64,000 nucleotides of DNA from the human T2T-CHM13v2.0 reference genome, Homo sapiens. A program made the translations under genes and the position numbers. The notes under the pieces were generated by a model. It was not told the origin of the DNA. It saw only the letters and a list, made by a program, of their open reading frames with translations, and ran no database searches. Location: assembly GCF_009914755.1 (NCBI RefSeq), contig NC_060928.1; one strand, 5' to 3'. The number at the start of each line of letters is the position of its first letter. Position 1 is the first letter of the stretch. Shown in pieces: positions 12,029 to 28,569 of the stretch.

Positions 12029-15000
12029 ATGACAGGATCAAATTCATACATAATAATATTAATCTGAAATGTAAATGGGCTAAATACCCCAATTAAAAGA
12101 CACACATTGGCAAATTGGATAAAGAGTCAAGACCCATCAGTGTGCTGTATTCAGGAGACCAATCTCACATGCAAAGACACACATAGGCTCAAAATAAAGG
12201 GTTGGAGGAATGTTCATCAAGCAAATGGAAAGCCAAGAAAAAAGCAAGGGTTGTAAACCTAGTCTCTGATAAAACAGATTTTAAACCAACAAAGATCAAA
12301 AAAGACAAAGAAGGGCATGACATAATGGTAAAGGGATCAATGCAACAAGAAGAGCTAACTATCCTAAATATATATGCACCCAATACAGGAGCACCCAGAT
12401 TCATAAAGCAAGTTCTTAGAGAGCTACAAAGAGACTTAGACTCCCAAACAATAATAGTGGGAGACTTTAATGCCCCACTTTCAATATTAGACAGATCAAT
12501 TGACAGAAAATTAACAAGGATATTCAGGACTTGAACTCAGCTCTGGACCAAGTGGACCTCATAAAACAGGTGGAAACAAAAGTTGTAAATTGTGTGACTG
12601 GTCTCCACGATAATTAATAAAATGCCTCATGGTTCTAATTTCTGTTCTGGCATTTCTTGTTTTGTCCAACTACAACTTCACTCACTTAGTAGTTTCTCCT
12701 AAACCCCAGATTTCTGGTGAACACCTTGTCTCATGAACAAAAAATGTTGCTTTTACAATACCGATATATTATAAACTTCAAACAATCATCATTGTCTTCT
12801 AGTTGTCTGTAAGAACACAACATTAAGAAAAGTTGCATGGCCAGGTGTGGTGGCTCATGTCTGTAATCTGGGCACTTTGGGAGGTCGAGGCAGGTGGATT
12901 GCCTGAGGTCAGGGGTTCAAGACCAGCCTGGCCAACATAGTGAAACCCTGTCTCTACTGAAAATACAAAAATTATCTGTGTGTGGTAGTGCACACCTGTA
13001 ATTGGGAGGCTGAGACACGAGAATTGCTAATGGACATCTACAGAACTCTCCACCCCAAATCAACAGAATATACATTCTTTTCAGCAACACATCACACTTA
13101 TTCTAAATTTGACCACATAATTGGAAGTAAAACACTGCTCAGCAAAAGCAAAATAATGGAAATCATAACAAACTGTCTCTCTGACCATAGTACAATCAAA
13201 TTAGAACTCAGGATTAAGAAACTCACTCAAAACTGCACAACTACGTGGAAACTGAACAACCTGCTCCTGAATGACTGCTACTGGGTAAATAACAAAATAA
13301 AGACAGAAATAAATGAATTCTTTGAAAACAATGAGAACAAAGACACAACACACCAGAATCTCTGGGACACAGCTAAAGCAGTGTTTAGAGGGAAATTTAT
13401 AGCACTAAATGCCCACAGGAGAAAGTGGGAAAGATCTAAAATCGACATCTTAACATCACAATTAAAAGAACTAGAGAAGCAAGAAGCAAGAGAAAACAAA
13501 TTCAAAACCTAGCAAAAGACAAGAAATAACTAAGATCAGAGCAGAACTGAAGGAGAGAGAGACATGAAAACACCCTTCAAAAAATCAATGAATCCAGGAG
13601 CTGGTTTTTTGAAAAGATTAACAAACTAGATGGACTGCTAGCCAGACTAATAAAGAATAAAAGAGAGAAGAATCAAATAGACACAATAAAAAATGATAAA
13701 GGTGAGATCACCACTGATCCCACAGAAATACAAACTACCATCAGAGAATACTATAAACACCTCTACACAAATAAACTAGAAAATCTAGGAGAAATGGATA
13801 AATTCCTAGACACATAAACTCTCCCAAGACTAAACCAGGAAGAAGTCAAATCCCTGAATAGACCAATAACAAGTTCTGAAATTGAGGCAGTTATTAACAA
13901 CCTACCAACAAAGAAAAGCCCAGGACCAGGCAGATTCACAGCCTAATTCTACCAGAGGTACAAAGAGGAGTTGGTACCTTTCCTTCTGAAACTATTCCAA
14001 ACAATAGAAAAAGAGGGACTGCTCCCTAACTTATTTTATGAAGCCAGCATCATCCTGATACCAAAACCTGGCAGAGACACAATCAAAAAAGAAAATTTCA
14101 GGCCAATTTCCCTGACGAACATTGATGCAAAAATCCTCAATAAAATACTGGCTAACCAATTCCAGCAGTACATCAAAAAGTTTATCCACCACAACCAAGT
14201 TGGCTTCATCCCTGGGATGCAAGACTGGTTCAACATAGGCAAATCAATAAATGTAATCCATCACATAAACAGAACCAATGACAAAAACCACACGATTATC
14301 TCAATAGACGCAGAAAAGGCCTTTAATAAAATTCACCATCCATTCATGCTAAAAAAATCTCAATAAATTAGGTATTGATGGAACATATCTCAAAATAATA
14401 AGAGCTATTTATGACAAACCCACAGCCAATATAAAACTGAATGGGCAAAAGCTGGAAGCATTCCCTTTGAAAACTGGCACAAGTCAAGGATGCCCTCTCT
14501 CACCACTCCTATTCAACATAGTATTGGAAGTTCTGGTCAGGGCAATCAAGCAAGAGAAAGAAATAAAGCATATTCAAATAGGAAGAGAGGAAGTCAAATT
14601 GTCTCTGTTTACAGATGACATGATTGTAAATTTAGAAAACACCATAATCTCAGCCCAAAATCTCCTTAAGCTAATAAGCAACTTCAGCAAAGTCTCAGGA
14701 TACAAAATCAATGTGTAAAAATCACAAGCATTCCTATACACCAATAATAGACAAATAGCCAAATCATGAGTGAACTTCCATTCACAATTGCTACGAAGAG
14801 AATAAAATTCCTAGGAGTGCAAGTTACAAGGGATGCAAAGGACCTCTTCAAGGAGAACTACAAACCAATGCTCAAGGAAATAAGAGAGGACACAAACAAA
14901 TACGAAAGGGCTTCTGCACAGCAAAAGAAACTATCATCAGAGTGAACAGGCAACCTATGGAATGGGAGAAAATTTTTTCAATCTATCTATCTGACAAAGG

Positions 15001-15680
15001 GCTAGTATCCAAAATCTACAAAGAACTTAAACAAATTTACAAGAAAAAAACAAACAACTCCATCAAAAAGTGGGCAAAGGATATGAACAGACATTTCTCA
15101 AAAGAAGACATTTATGCGGCCAACAAACATGAACAAAAGCTCATAATCACTGGTCATTAGACAAATGCAAATCAAAACCACAATGAGATACCATCTCACG
15201 CCAGTTAGAATGGTGATCATTAAAAAGTCAGGAAATAACAAATGCTGGAGAGGATGTGGAGAAATAGGAATGCTTTTACACTGTTGGTGGGAGTGTAAAT
15301 TAGTTCAACTATTGTAGAAGACAGTGTGGTGATTCCACAAGGATCTAGAACCAGAAATATCATTTGACCCAACAATCACATTACTGGGTATATACCCAAA
15401 AGAATATAAATCATTCTGTTATAAAGACACATGCATGTGTATGTTTATTGCAGCACTATTCACAATAGCAAAGACATGGAATCAACCCAAATGCCCATCA
15501 ATGATAGACTGAATAAAGAAAATGTGGTTATGTATACACCATGGAATACTATGCAGCCATAAAAAATGAGATCTTGTCCTTTGCAGGGACATGGATAAAT
15601 CTGGAAGTCATCATCCTCAGCAAACTAACACAGGAACAGAAAACCAAACACTACATGTTCTCATTCATAAGTGGGAGTTG
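12029..15680 (+). pseudogene. ORF2: L1 ORF2 (endonuclease/reverse transcriptase), disrupted
   Basis: Fragments [34 protein letters not shown] and FTDDMIV; broken by frameshifts, the insertion at 12560 and the deletion at ~14901. Confidence 0.9.
12560..13028 (+). repeat. Templated insertion copied from 4448-4929 (unique DNA plus 5' two-thirds of an Alu)
   Basis: Interrupts L1 exactly between GGACCT and AAT(A/G)GACATCTAC (intact form at 25263-25281); no poly-A and no TSD. Confidence 0.95.
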
Positions 15681-16720
15681 AACAATGAGAACACATGGAC
15701 ACAGGGAGGGGAACATCATACACAGGCCCCTGACAGGGGCCTGTCAGGGAGTGGGCGGCTAGGTGAGGGATAGCATTAGGAGAAATACCTAATGTAGATG
15801 ACAGGTTGATGGGTGCAGCAAACCACCATAGCACGTGTATACCTGTGTAACAAACCTGCACGTTCTGCACATGTATCCCATAACTTAAAGTATAATACAA
15901 AAAAAACAGTATAAAAGTTAAAACTGGAAAAAAAATTGCCAATAATCCAGTAATCTTTGTTTTCTGTGTTTTACGTTAGTGTTGTCTTTCATTTTTAATC
16001 AACAAGGGCTGAAACCATCTCCTAATGGAACAAAACTAGATTAATCATACTAAAGAAAGAAGTCTTTTTCTCTGAATTCTAATCACTGGAGCTTAATGCT
16101 GCTAGCACGTTTTCCATTTGTGCCTTGACCTAGAGTAACCTCTTTACCTCTGTCCTCAGTCTATTTGTTGAACTTAGATGTTATAAAAGCATACTTCAAA
16201 TAAAAGATAAAATTTACTACAGGGTGAAATGTAAATACCATAGTTAGAAATGAATTATTCCATAAAGTGGAAAATACTACATGCATTGGAGAAATGTAAT
16301 TGTATTATAGAGTTATGTATAAAATATGCTATATATTAGTACAAATCCTTGGGAAACAGGCACAGTCAGCACAACAGGGGAAGGCCTGCGAGCCTGTGTT
16401 AACTTCCGCCACCTCAAAATTTGCACATTGCCTATCTCCTCTCCACTTGAAGTTTCAATTCTTGAAAAATGTTTTATTTAAACTTTTCCCCACAATATAA
16501 ATTTTAAGGAAAAAGGGATCAACCAGAGAGAAGAGCCCATGTATGACAACAAAGATTCAGATCATTTCCCAAAAAAACCTTTCCATAAACAATCTGACCT
16601 AATCCCCAAACCAAATTTTCCATATACAGATGTTTGTTTTTAATGAAGTTTCAGGAAAAAAGTGTTAAGAGAGCATGTTCTGTTGCATTAATGATAATAC
16701 CCAACCTGAGTCTGACTTGA

Positions 16721-17042
<322 letters not shown>

Positions 17043-17059
17043 CTGAATTTTTAAAAGGT

Positions 17060-17290
17060 GCTGTTGAGGCATTTAACATTGAACCAGTACCTGGTAGTAA
17101 ATTATATAAGGTTGTTATATACATTATAGATTTTTTAAAATGCTATGAAGAGGCATTTTCCCCCATTTTAAAGATGAGAAATCTAGGACTTACAGATGTT
17201 AAGTAACTTGCTCCAATATACAAAGCTGCTAGTGACAGGGATTCAAAGATTGCCTGATCCTGGAGTTGGTGTTCCTAACCTCTCCGTTGA
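17060..17290 (-). mobile_element. MIR SINE
   Basis: CCCCATTTTAAAGATGAGAAATCTAGG...TAAGTAACTTGCTC. Confidence 0.65.
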
Positions 17291-18295
17291 GTTGCCATTG
17301 CAGCAGCCCCAAACTGCATGTAACTGTAGTCAGGATGCCAAAAACATTGCTTGCCCTCTTCATTTCTTGACTCCAGACCATGACTGAAAGGAAAGGAAAA
17401 TAAAAAATTTTATCCTGAAAGATAATTGTGGCAAAAACAGTAAGCTTAATATTGGAGTTCTAGTAAAATTACCAGCTAACCAACCAAGCAACCTTGTGAT
17501 TTTAGAAAATCATTTTGCCTCTGGGAAACTCAATGATACCTCTCATCTAGGATTGTGATGACTAAAAAAAACCAGGCATACTAAAAGCACTCTGCAAATT
17601 GTTCTGTCCTATAAAAATGTATATCATGATTATTGTTAGTAAGAGTTAGTACTATTTCTTTAAAGGAAAGTATGCCTTTCCTCTTTTCTGGAAAAATCTA
17701 TAACTTTTTGGCTGAAGGAGGACCTGATGCTTATTAATACCTCTCCTCAGCTAAAGGTAAAAGGTCCAATAAAGCTGAGTGTATTTTGGTTCCATGCTAT
17801 AAAATTAATCTTTACACATCACAATAACCTGGACAAGATAACTAATATCATATATTGGTACTATGAAGTTTCAGGCCAGCTCAGCATTCAGGGACTGCAG
17901 TGTTGTGTGGATAAAGACAGGAATTTAACTTAAATCAAGCTGCTGTAAATTCAGATTTGGAACTCAAATCCACAAATCTCTTATGATTCACCATAATAAA
18001 CACACATTTCTAGTGATTACAGAAGTTCTAGGGACTAGGGCTCCATGAATAATTAAAACCTCATATTGAGATCAAGACTTCTTGAGTTTTTTTCAAAATT
18101 CTTATTTTCTTTTTTCATCACCTCAGAATGTGTACTTTCAAAGAAAAAAAGAGCATTGTATTCACTTTATAAGTCTTTGCTGATATTACACCTTTGGCTG
18201 AGAAACTTTACTTTGGTTTTCTTTTTCCAAGGAAAAGAAGAGTATTCATGGTTTGTCCTTCCTAAATCTCAGCTTGCCCTTCCACTCATTCATAA

Positions 18296-18684
18296 TCTAT
18301 TAGTTTACTAGGGCTGCCATACAAAGTACCACGGGCTGGGTGGCTTAAACAACAGAAATTTATTTTCTCAGTATTCTAGAAGCTAGAAATCTAAGATTAA
18401 ATTGTTGGCAGGGTTAGTTTCCTCTGAGGCCTCTCTCTTCGGCTTGTGAATGGCTGTCTTGTCCCTGTGCCTTCAACACTGTCTTTCCTCTGTGTGTGTC
18501 TGTGTTCTAACCTCCTTTCCTTATAAAGATCCAGTTAAATTGGATTAGGGCCCATCCTGATGACCTGATTTTTATTTAATTGCTACTTTAAAGCCTTATC
18601 TCTAAATATAGTCACATTCTGAGGTATTGGAAATTAGGACTTTAACTTTATGAATTTGCAGGGGACACTATTCAGCCCATAACA
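18296..18684 (-). mobile_element. MaLR solo LTR (MLT1A/B-like)
   Basis: GGGTGGCTTAAACAACAGAAATTTATT...ATTCAGCCCATAACA terminus. Confidence 0.85.
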
Positions 18685-18876
18685 AAGAAGAATAGAAACT
18701 ATCTTTACTTACATTCAGTAACCTGCTTTTTTAAAAATTGTGCTTGAAAATTTCTACCTGGTGTACTCATTGGAAAGCTCAAGGCTTTGGAGGAAAAGAG
18801 CAAAGACAGTGCAACTCAGAGAAGTCATATAGTAACATTTGAATGAGGAGGGGCTAGGGAGCAAAATGTCATCTAA

Positions 18877-19708
18877 ATTTTTTTTATTTTAGTAGCTTTT
18901 AGAGTACAAGTGTTTTTTTGTTACATGGATAAATTATATAGCAGTGAATTCTGAGATTTTAGTGCACCTGCCACCTGAGGAGTATACATTGCACCTAATG
19001 TGTAGTTTTTTTTTAACCCTATCCCCACCTCTCACCCTCCCTCTTCCGAGTTTCTGAAGTCCATTATATCACTCTGTATGCCTTTGCATACCACAGCTAA
19101 TCTCCTACTTATAAGTGAGAACATACAGTTTTTGGTTTTCTATTCCTGTGTTCCTTCACTTAAAATAATGACCGCTAGCTCCATCTAAAGTTGCTGCCAA
19201 AGACACTATTTCATTCCTTTTAATGGCTGAGTAGTACTCCATGGTGCATATATACCACATTTTCTTTATCCACTCATTAGTAGATGAGTACTTACGTTGG
19301 TTCCACATCTTTGCAAATATGAATTGTGCTGCTATAAACATATGTGTGCAAGTGTCTTTTTCATATAATGACTTATTTTCCTTTGGATAGATACCCAGTA
19401 GCAGGATTGCTGGATCAAATGGTAGATCTACTTTTAGTTCTTTAAGCAATCTTCCACGGAGGTTGTTCTAATTTACATTTCTACCAGCAGTATGCAAGTG
19501 TTCCCTTTTCCCCACATCCATGCCAATATCTATTGTTTTTTTACTTTAATAATGGCCATTCTTGCAGGAATAAGATGCTATCTCATTGTAATTTTAATTT
19601 GCATTTCCCTGATGATTAGTGATGCTGAGCATTTTTTCATGTTTGTTGACCATTTGTACATTTTCTTTAGGAAACGTCTATTCATATCCCTTGCCCACTT
19701 TTTGATGG
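18877..19708 (-). mobile_element. L1PB3/4-type LINE-1 3' fragment
   Basis: GTTACATGGATAAATTATATAGCAGTGAATTCTGAGATTTTAGTGCACC; ORF2 C-terminal peptide PFDPAILLLGIYPKE on the minus strand. Confidence 0.85.
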
Positions 19709-22700
19709 TGTTAGCAAATGTCATTTTGAGGCAAAACATTCAGGATAAAGGTATTCTTAAATTCTGAGCAATTACATGGCACTCTAAGAAATGAAGAAAG
19801 TTTCAAAAACTTTGATAGAAAAAGAACAAACTCTTGCTAGACTTTGTACTGACCTAATATATTAATAATGCTATTTATCGAGTTGTGGCTCTCCCTTAAA
19901 CATAATGCAAAATTAATTATTTAAAGTAACCCAGGTTACAAAAGAAGTACAATACTTTTTAATGCTAAAGAAGAGGAACATAGATGTTGAAACATGTAAG
20001 ATTTTAAGAGAGCAAAAGAATGCAAAATAGCCAGACCAGAAAAAAAAAAAAAATCATGTATTCAATATCAACAGAACATTTTAAAGAGAATGAAAAAATT
20101 TAATTCAGAAATTATGAAAAATTATCAAACTATGGTATCTTTTGATTAATGATTATATTTCACATCCATAAAAATTGTCAAATATTTGATGAGAAAAAAT
20201 TGTTATGGACTAAAAGTAATATTTATCACCTACTAAATTAAGATTATCTAAATTCTATTACCTTATGCTGGTAATAGTGCAATGAGATGGGCCCTTTCCT
20301 TCACTTCTACCAGTTCACATCAATGGGAATTTAAATTGGTTCTATCTTCTCAAATGTATGAGAGGTTTAAAATATTCACACACTTTGAGAAAAAACACAC
20401 AAATAAGGAAGACAAAGGACTCAAATGTTGCCACTACATAAAACTATTCAACCATAATGATAAACAATAAAAAAGAAAGAAAGAAAGGCTATACAAAAGA
20501 ACCAAAAATAAAATAATAAAATGACAGGACAAGCCTTCATATATTAATAATTGTCTTTAATGTAAATGGATTAAACTATTCACTTAAAATATATAGACTT
20601 GCTCAATGGATTTTTTAAAAATGACCCAACTATATGCTGCCTACAAGAAATTCACCTGTAAATACACACATGAACTGAAAAATAAAGAGTTGGAAAAAAT
20701 ATTCCGTGCAAACAGAAACCAAAAATGAACAGGAGTAGCTATACTTACATCAGACAAAACAGACTTTAAATCAAAAACAGTAAAAAGATACAAAGAAGCT
20801 CATTATAGAATGACAAAGGGATCAATTCAGCAAGAAGACATCATAATTCTAAGCATATATTAACCCAACACCAGAGCACCCAGATATACAAAGTAAATAT
20901 TATTAGACCAAAAGGGAAAGATAGATTCCAATATGACCATAGTTGGGGTCCTCAACACCCCACTCTCACCATTAGACAGATTGTCCAGACAGAAAATTAT
21001 CAAGGAAATGTTGGATTTAAACTGCAATTAATAGCAAATGGACCTAAGAGACAGTTACAGAACATTTCATCCAACAGCTACAGAATACACACTCTTCTTA
21101 TCACCACATGAAACATTCTTCAGGATAGACCATATGTTAGGACACAAAACCAGTCTCAACAAATTTTTTAATTGAAATTATATCAAGTGTTTTCTCAAAC
21201 TACAGTGGAATGAATCTAGAAATAAATAACAAGAAAAACTTTAGAAACTGTAAAAATACATGGAAATTAAATAAGACATTCCTGAATGACCATTGGGTCA
21301 AGGAAGAAATTAAGGAGAAAATGTTTAAAAAAAATGTCTTGGAGCAAATAAACACCAAAATGCAACACATCAAAACCTATCAGACATAGCAAATGCAGTG
21401 CTAAGAGAGAAGTATATAGCAATAAACACCTTCATAAAAAAGTTGAAAGATTTCAAATAGTCTAATGATGTACCTTAAAAAACTAGAAAAGCAAGAACAA
21501 GCTAAATCTGAAATTAGTGGAAGGAAAGAAATAATAAAGTTCAGAGAAGAGCTAAACCAAATATAAACTAAGAAGAATACAAGAGATCAACAAAATAAGT
21601 TGGTTTTTTAAAAGGTAAACAAAATTGGTAAACCACTAGATAGACTAGCCAAGAAAAAGAGAAGACACAAATAACTAAATCAGAATGAAAAAAGAATACA
21701 TTACAACTGATACCACAGAAATGCAAAAGATCATCAGAGACTATTATGAGCAACTATACACTAACAAACTGGAAAATCAAGAGGAATTGGATAAATTCCT
21801 GGACACATACAACCTACCAAGATTGAAACAAGAAGAAATAGAAAAACTGAAAAGACCAATAACAAGTGGTAAGATTGAATCAGTAATTAAATGTCTCCCA
21901 ATAAGAAAAGCCTAGAACCAGATAGCTTTATTACAGAATTCTACCAAACTTACAAAGAAGAACTAACACAACTTCTTCTCAAAATATTTTTTTAAATTGG
22001 GGAGAAAATAATTCTCCCTAACTCATTATAAGAGGCTAGCATCATCCTGAACCCAAAACTAAATAAGGACACACACACAAAAAAGAAAATTACACATCAA
22101 TATGCCCGATGAACATAGATGCAAAAGTTCTTACCAAAATACTAGCAAACTGAATTCAACAGCACATTTTAAAAAACCATGATTAAGCAGGATTTATTCT
22201 AGGGATAGAAAAATGGTTCAACATAGGCAAATCAATAAATGTGACACATTGCATCAACAGAATGAAGGACAAAAACCATATGAACACCTCAATAGATGCA
22301 GAAAAAGCATTTGATAAAATTCAGTATCTCCTCATGATAAAAACTCTCAACAAACTAGGCATAGAAGAAACACAACTCGACATAATAAAGACCATATAAA
22401 ACAAACCCAAAGCTAACATTATTCTAAATGGGGAAAAGCCAAAACCCTTTCCTCTAAGAGCTAGAACAAGACAAGGATGCCCAGTTTCAGCATTTCTATT
22501 CAACATAGTACTGGAAGTTTTAGCTAGAGCAATCAGGCAAGAAAAAGAAAGGCATTCAAATTGGAAAAGAGAAATTCAAAATGTCCCTCTCTGAAGCTGA
22601 CATGACCTTATACATATGAAAACCTAAAGACTTCTTTAAAAAACTCTTAGATCTCATAAATAAATTAGTAAAAATTTGCAGAATGCAAAATCAACATACA

Positions 22701-22755
22701 AAACTCAGTAGAGTTTTTGTACACAACTAACGAACTAGCTGAGAAAGAAATCAAG

Positions 22756-23658
22756 GAGGAGCCAAGATGGCTGAATAGGAACAGCTCCAGTCTACAGCTC
22801 CCAGCGTGAGCGACACAGAAGACGGGTGATTTCTGCATTTCCATCTGAGGTACCGGGTTCATCTCACTAGGGAGTGCCAGACAGTGGGCGCAGGTCAGTC
22901 GGTGCGCGCACCGTGTGCGAGCCCAAGCAGGGTGAGGCATTGCCTCACTTGGGAAGCACAAGGGGTCAGGGAGTTCCCTTTCCAAGTCAAAGAAAGGGGT
23001 GACGGACGGCACCTGGAAAATGGGGTCACTCCCACCCGAATATTGCGCTTTTCGGACCGGCTTAAAAAACGGCGCACCACGAGATTATAACCCCCACCTG
23101 GCTCGGAGGCTCCTACGCCCACGGAGTCTCGCTGATTTCTAGCACAGCAGTCTGAGATCAAACTGCAAGGCGGCAGCAAGGCTGGGGGAGGGGCGCCCGC
23201 CATTGCCCAGGCTTGCTTAGGTAAACAAAGCAGCCGGGAAGCTCCAACTGGGTGGAGCCCACCACAGCTCAAGGAGGCCTGCCTGCCTCTGTAGGCTCCA
23301 CCTCTGGGGGCAGGGCACAGACAAACAAAAAGACAGCAGTAACCTCTGCAGACTTAAATGCCCCTGTCTGACAGCTTTGAAGAGAGCAGTGGTTCTCCCA
23401 GCACGCAGCTGGAGATCTGAGAACGGGCAGACTGCCTCCTCAAGTGGGTCCCTGACCCCTGACCCCCGAGCAGCCTAACTGGGAGGCACCCCCCAGCAGG
23501 GGCACACTGACACCTCACACGGCAGGGTATTCCAACAGACCTGCAGCTGAGGGTCCTGTCTGTTAGAAGGAAAACTAACAAACAGAAAGGACATCCACAC
23601 CAAAAACCCATCTGTACATCACCATCATCAAAGACCAAAAGTAGATAAAACCACAAAG
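22756..23658 (+). promoter_or_regulatory. L1PA2 5'UTR: internal sense promoter and antisense promoter
   Basis: YY1 core CAAGATGGC near 22763-22771, SOX-type AAACAAA at ~23223 and ~23323, retained CpGs; function follows from established L1 biology. Confidence 0.75.
22895..23203 (-). CDS. ORF0: L1 antisense ORF0 homologue, open for 102 aa
   Basis: Begins MAGAPPPALLPPCSLISDCC... as in primate ORF0 (ATG at 23203-23201); expression not shown. Confidence 0.55.
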   Translation of the reverse strand: MAGAPPPALLPPCSLISDCCARNQRDSVGVGASEPGGGYNLVVRRFLSRSEKRNIRVGVTPFSRCRPSPLSLTWKGNSLTPCASQVRQCLTLLGLAHGARTD

Positions 23659-24675
23659 ATGGGGAAAAAACAGAACAGAAAACCAGGGAACTCTAAAACG
23701 CAGAGCGCCTCTCCTCCTCCAAAGGAACTCAGTTCCTCACCAGCAACAGAACAAAGCTGGATGGAGAATGACTTTGACAAGCTGAGAGAAGAAGGCTTCA
23801 GATGATCAAATTACTCTGAGCTACGGGAGGACATTCAAACCAAAGGCAAAGAAGTTGAAAACTTTGAAAAAAATTTAGAAGAATGTATAACTAGAATAAC
23901 CAACACAGAGAAGTGCTTAAAGGAGCTGATGGAGCTGAAAACCAAGGCTTGAGAACTAAGTGAAGAATGCAGAAGCCTCAGGAGCCAATGCGATCAACTG
24001 GAAGAAAGGGTATCAGCGATGGAAGATGAAATGAATGAAATGAAGCAAGAAGGGAAGTTTAGAGAAAAAAGAATAAAAAGAAATGAGCAAAGCCTCCAAG
24101 AAATATGGGACTATGTGAAAAGACCAAATCTACGTCTGATTGGTGTACCTGAAAGTGATGGGGAGAATGGAACCAAGTTGGAAAACACTCTGCAGGATGT
24201 TATCCAGGAGAACTTCCCCAATCTAGCAAGGCAGGCCAACGTTCAGATTCAGGAAACACAGAGAACGCCACAAAGATACTCCTCGAGAAGAGCAACTCCA
24301 AGACATATAATTGTCAGATTCACCAAAGTTGAAATGAAGGAAAAAATGTTAAGGGCAGCCAGAGAGAAAGGTCGGGTTACCCTCAAAGGGAAGCCCATCA
24401 GACTAACAGCAGATGTCTCGGCAGAAACCCTACAAGCCAGAAGAGAGTGGGGGCCAATATTCAACATTCTTAAAGAAAAGAATTTTCAACCCAGAATTTC
24501 ATATCCAGCCAAACTAAGCTTCATAAGCGAAGGAGAAATAAAATACTTTACAGACAAGCAAATGCTGAGAGATTTTGTCACCACCAAGCCTGCCCTCAAA
24601 GAGCTCCTGAAGGAAGAGCTAAACGTGGAAAGGAACAACCGGTACCAGCCACTGCAAAATCATGCCAAAATGTAA
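23659..24675 (+). pseudogene. ORF1: L1PA2 ORF1 with two premature stops
   Basis: 1017-nt frame with TGA at 23803-23805 and 23950-23952 (CGA>TGA type). Confidence 0.93.
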
Positions 24676-24711
24676 AGACCATCGAGACTAGGAAGAAACT
24701 GCATCAACTAA

Positions 24712-28569
<3,858 letters not shown>

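Larger units (their letters stand above)
9607..15931 (+). mobile_element. LINE-1 L1PA7/L1PA8 with both ends intact, a 469-bp foreign insertion and a ~650-bp ORF2 deletion
   Basis: 5'UTR AGATGGCCATATAGGAACAGCT..., ORF1/ORF2 remnants, 3'UTR and A-tail; perfect 16-bp TSD AAAATTGCCAATAATC at 9591-9606 and 15932-15947. Confidence 0.95.

Noticed and set aside
12982-13512. 176-aa apparent Alu-L1 fusion protein
   Set aside because: Chance read-through across the insertion junction, with a non-ATG start and no promoter or splice evidence
15907-15927. Non-A bases in the L1 tail suggesting a short 3' transduction
   Set aside because: Only about 20 bp; cannot be distinguished from a decayed or patterned poly-A tail
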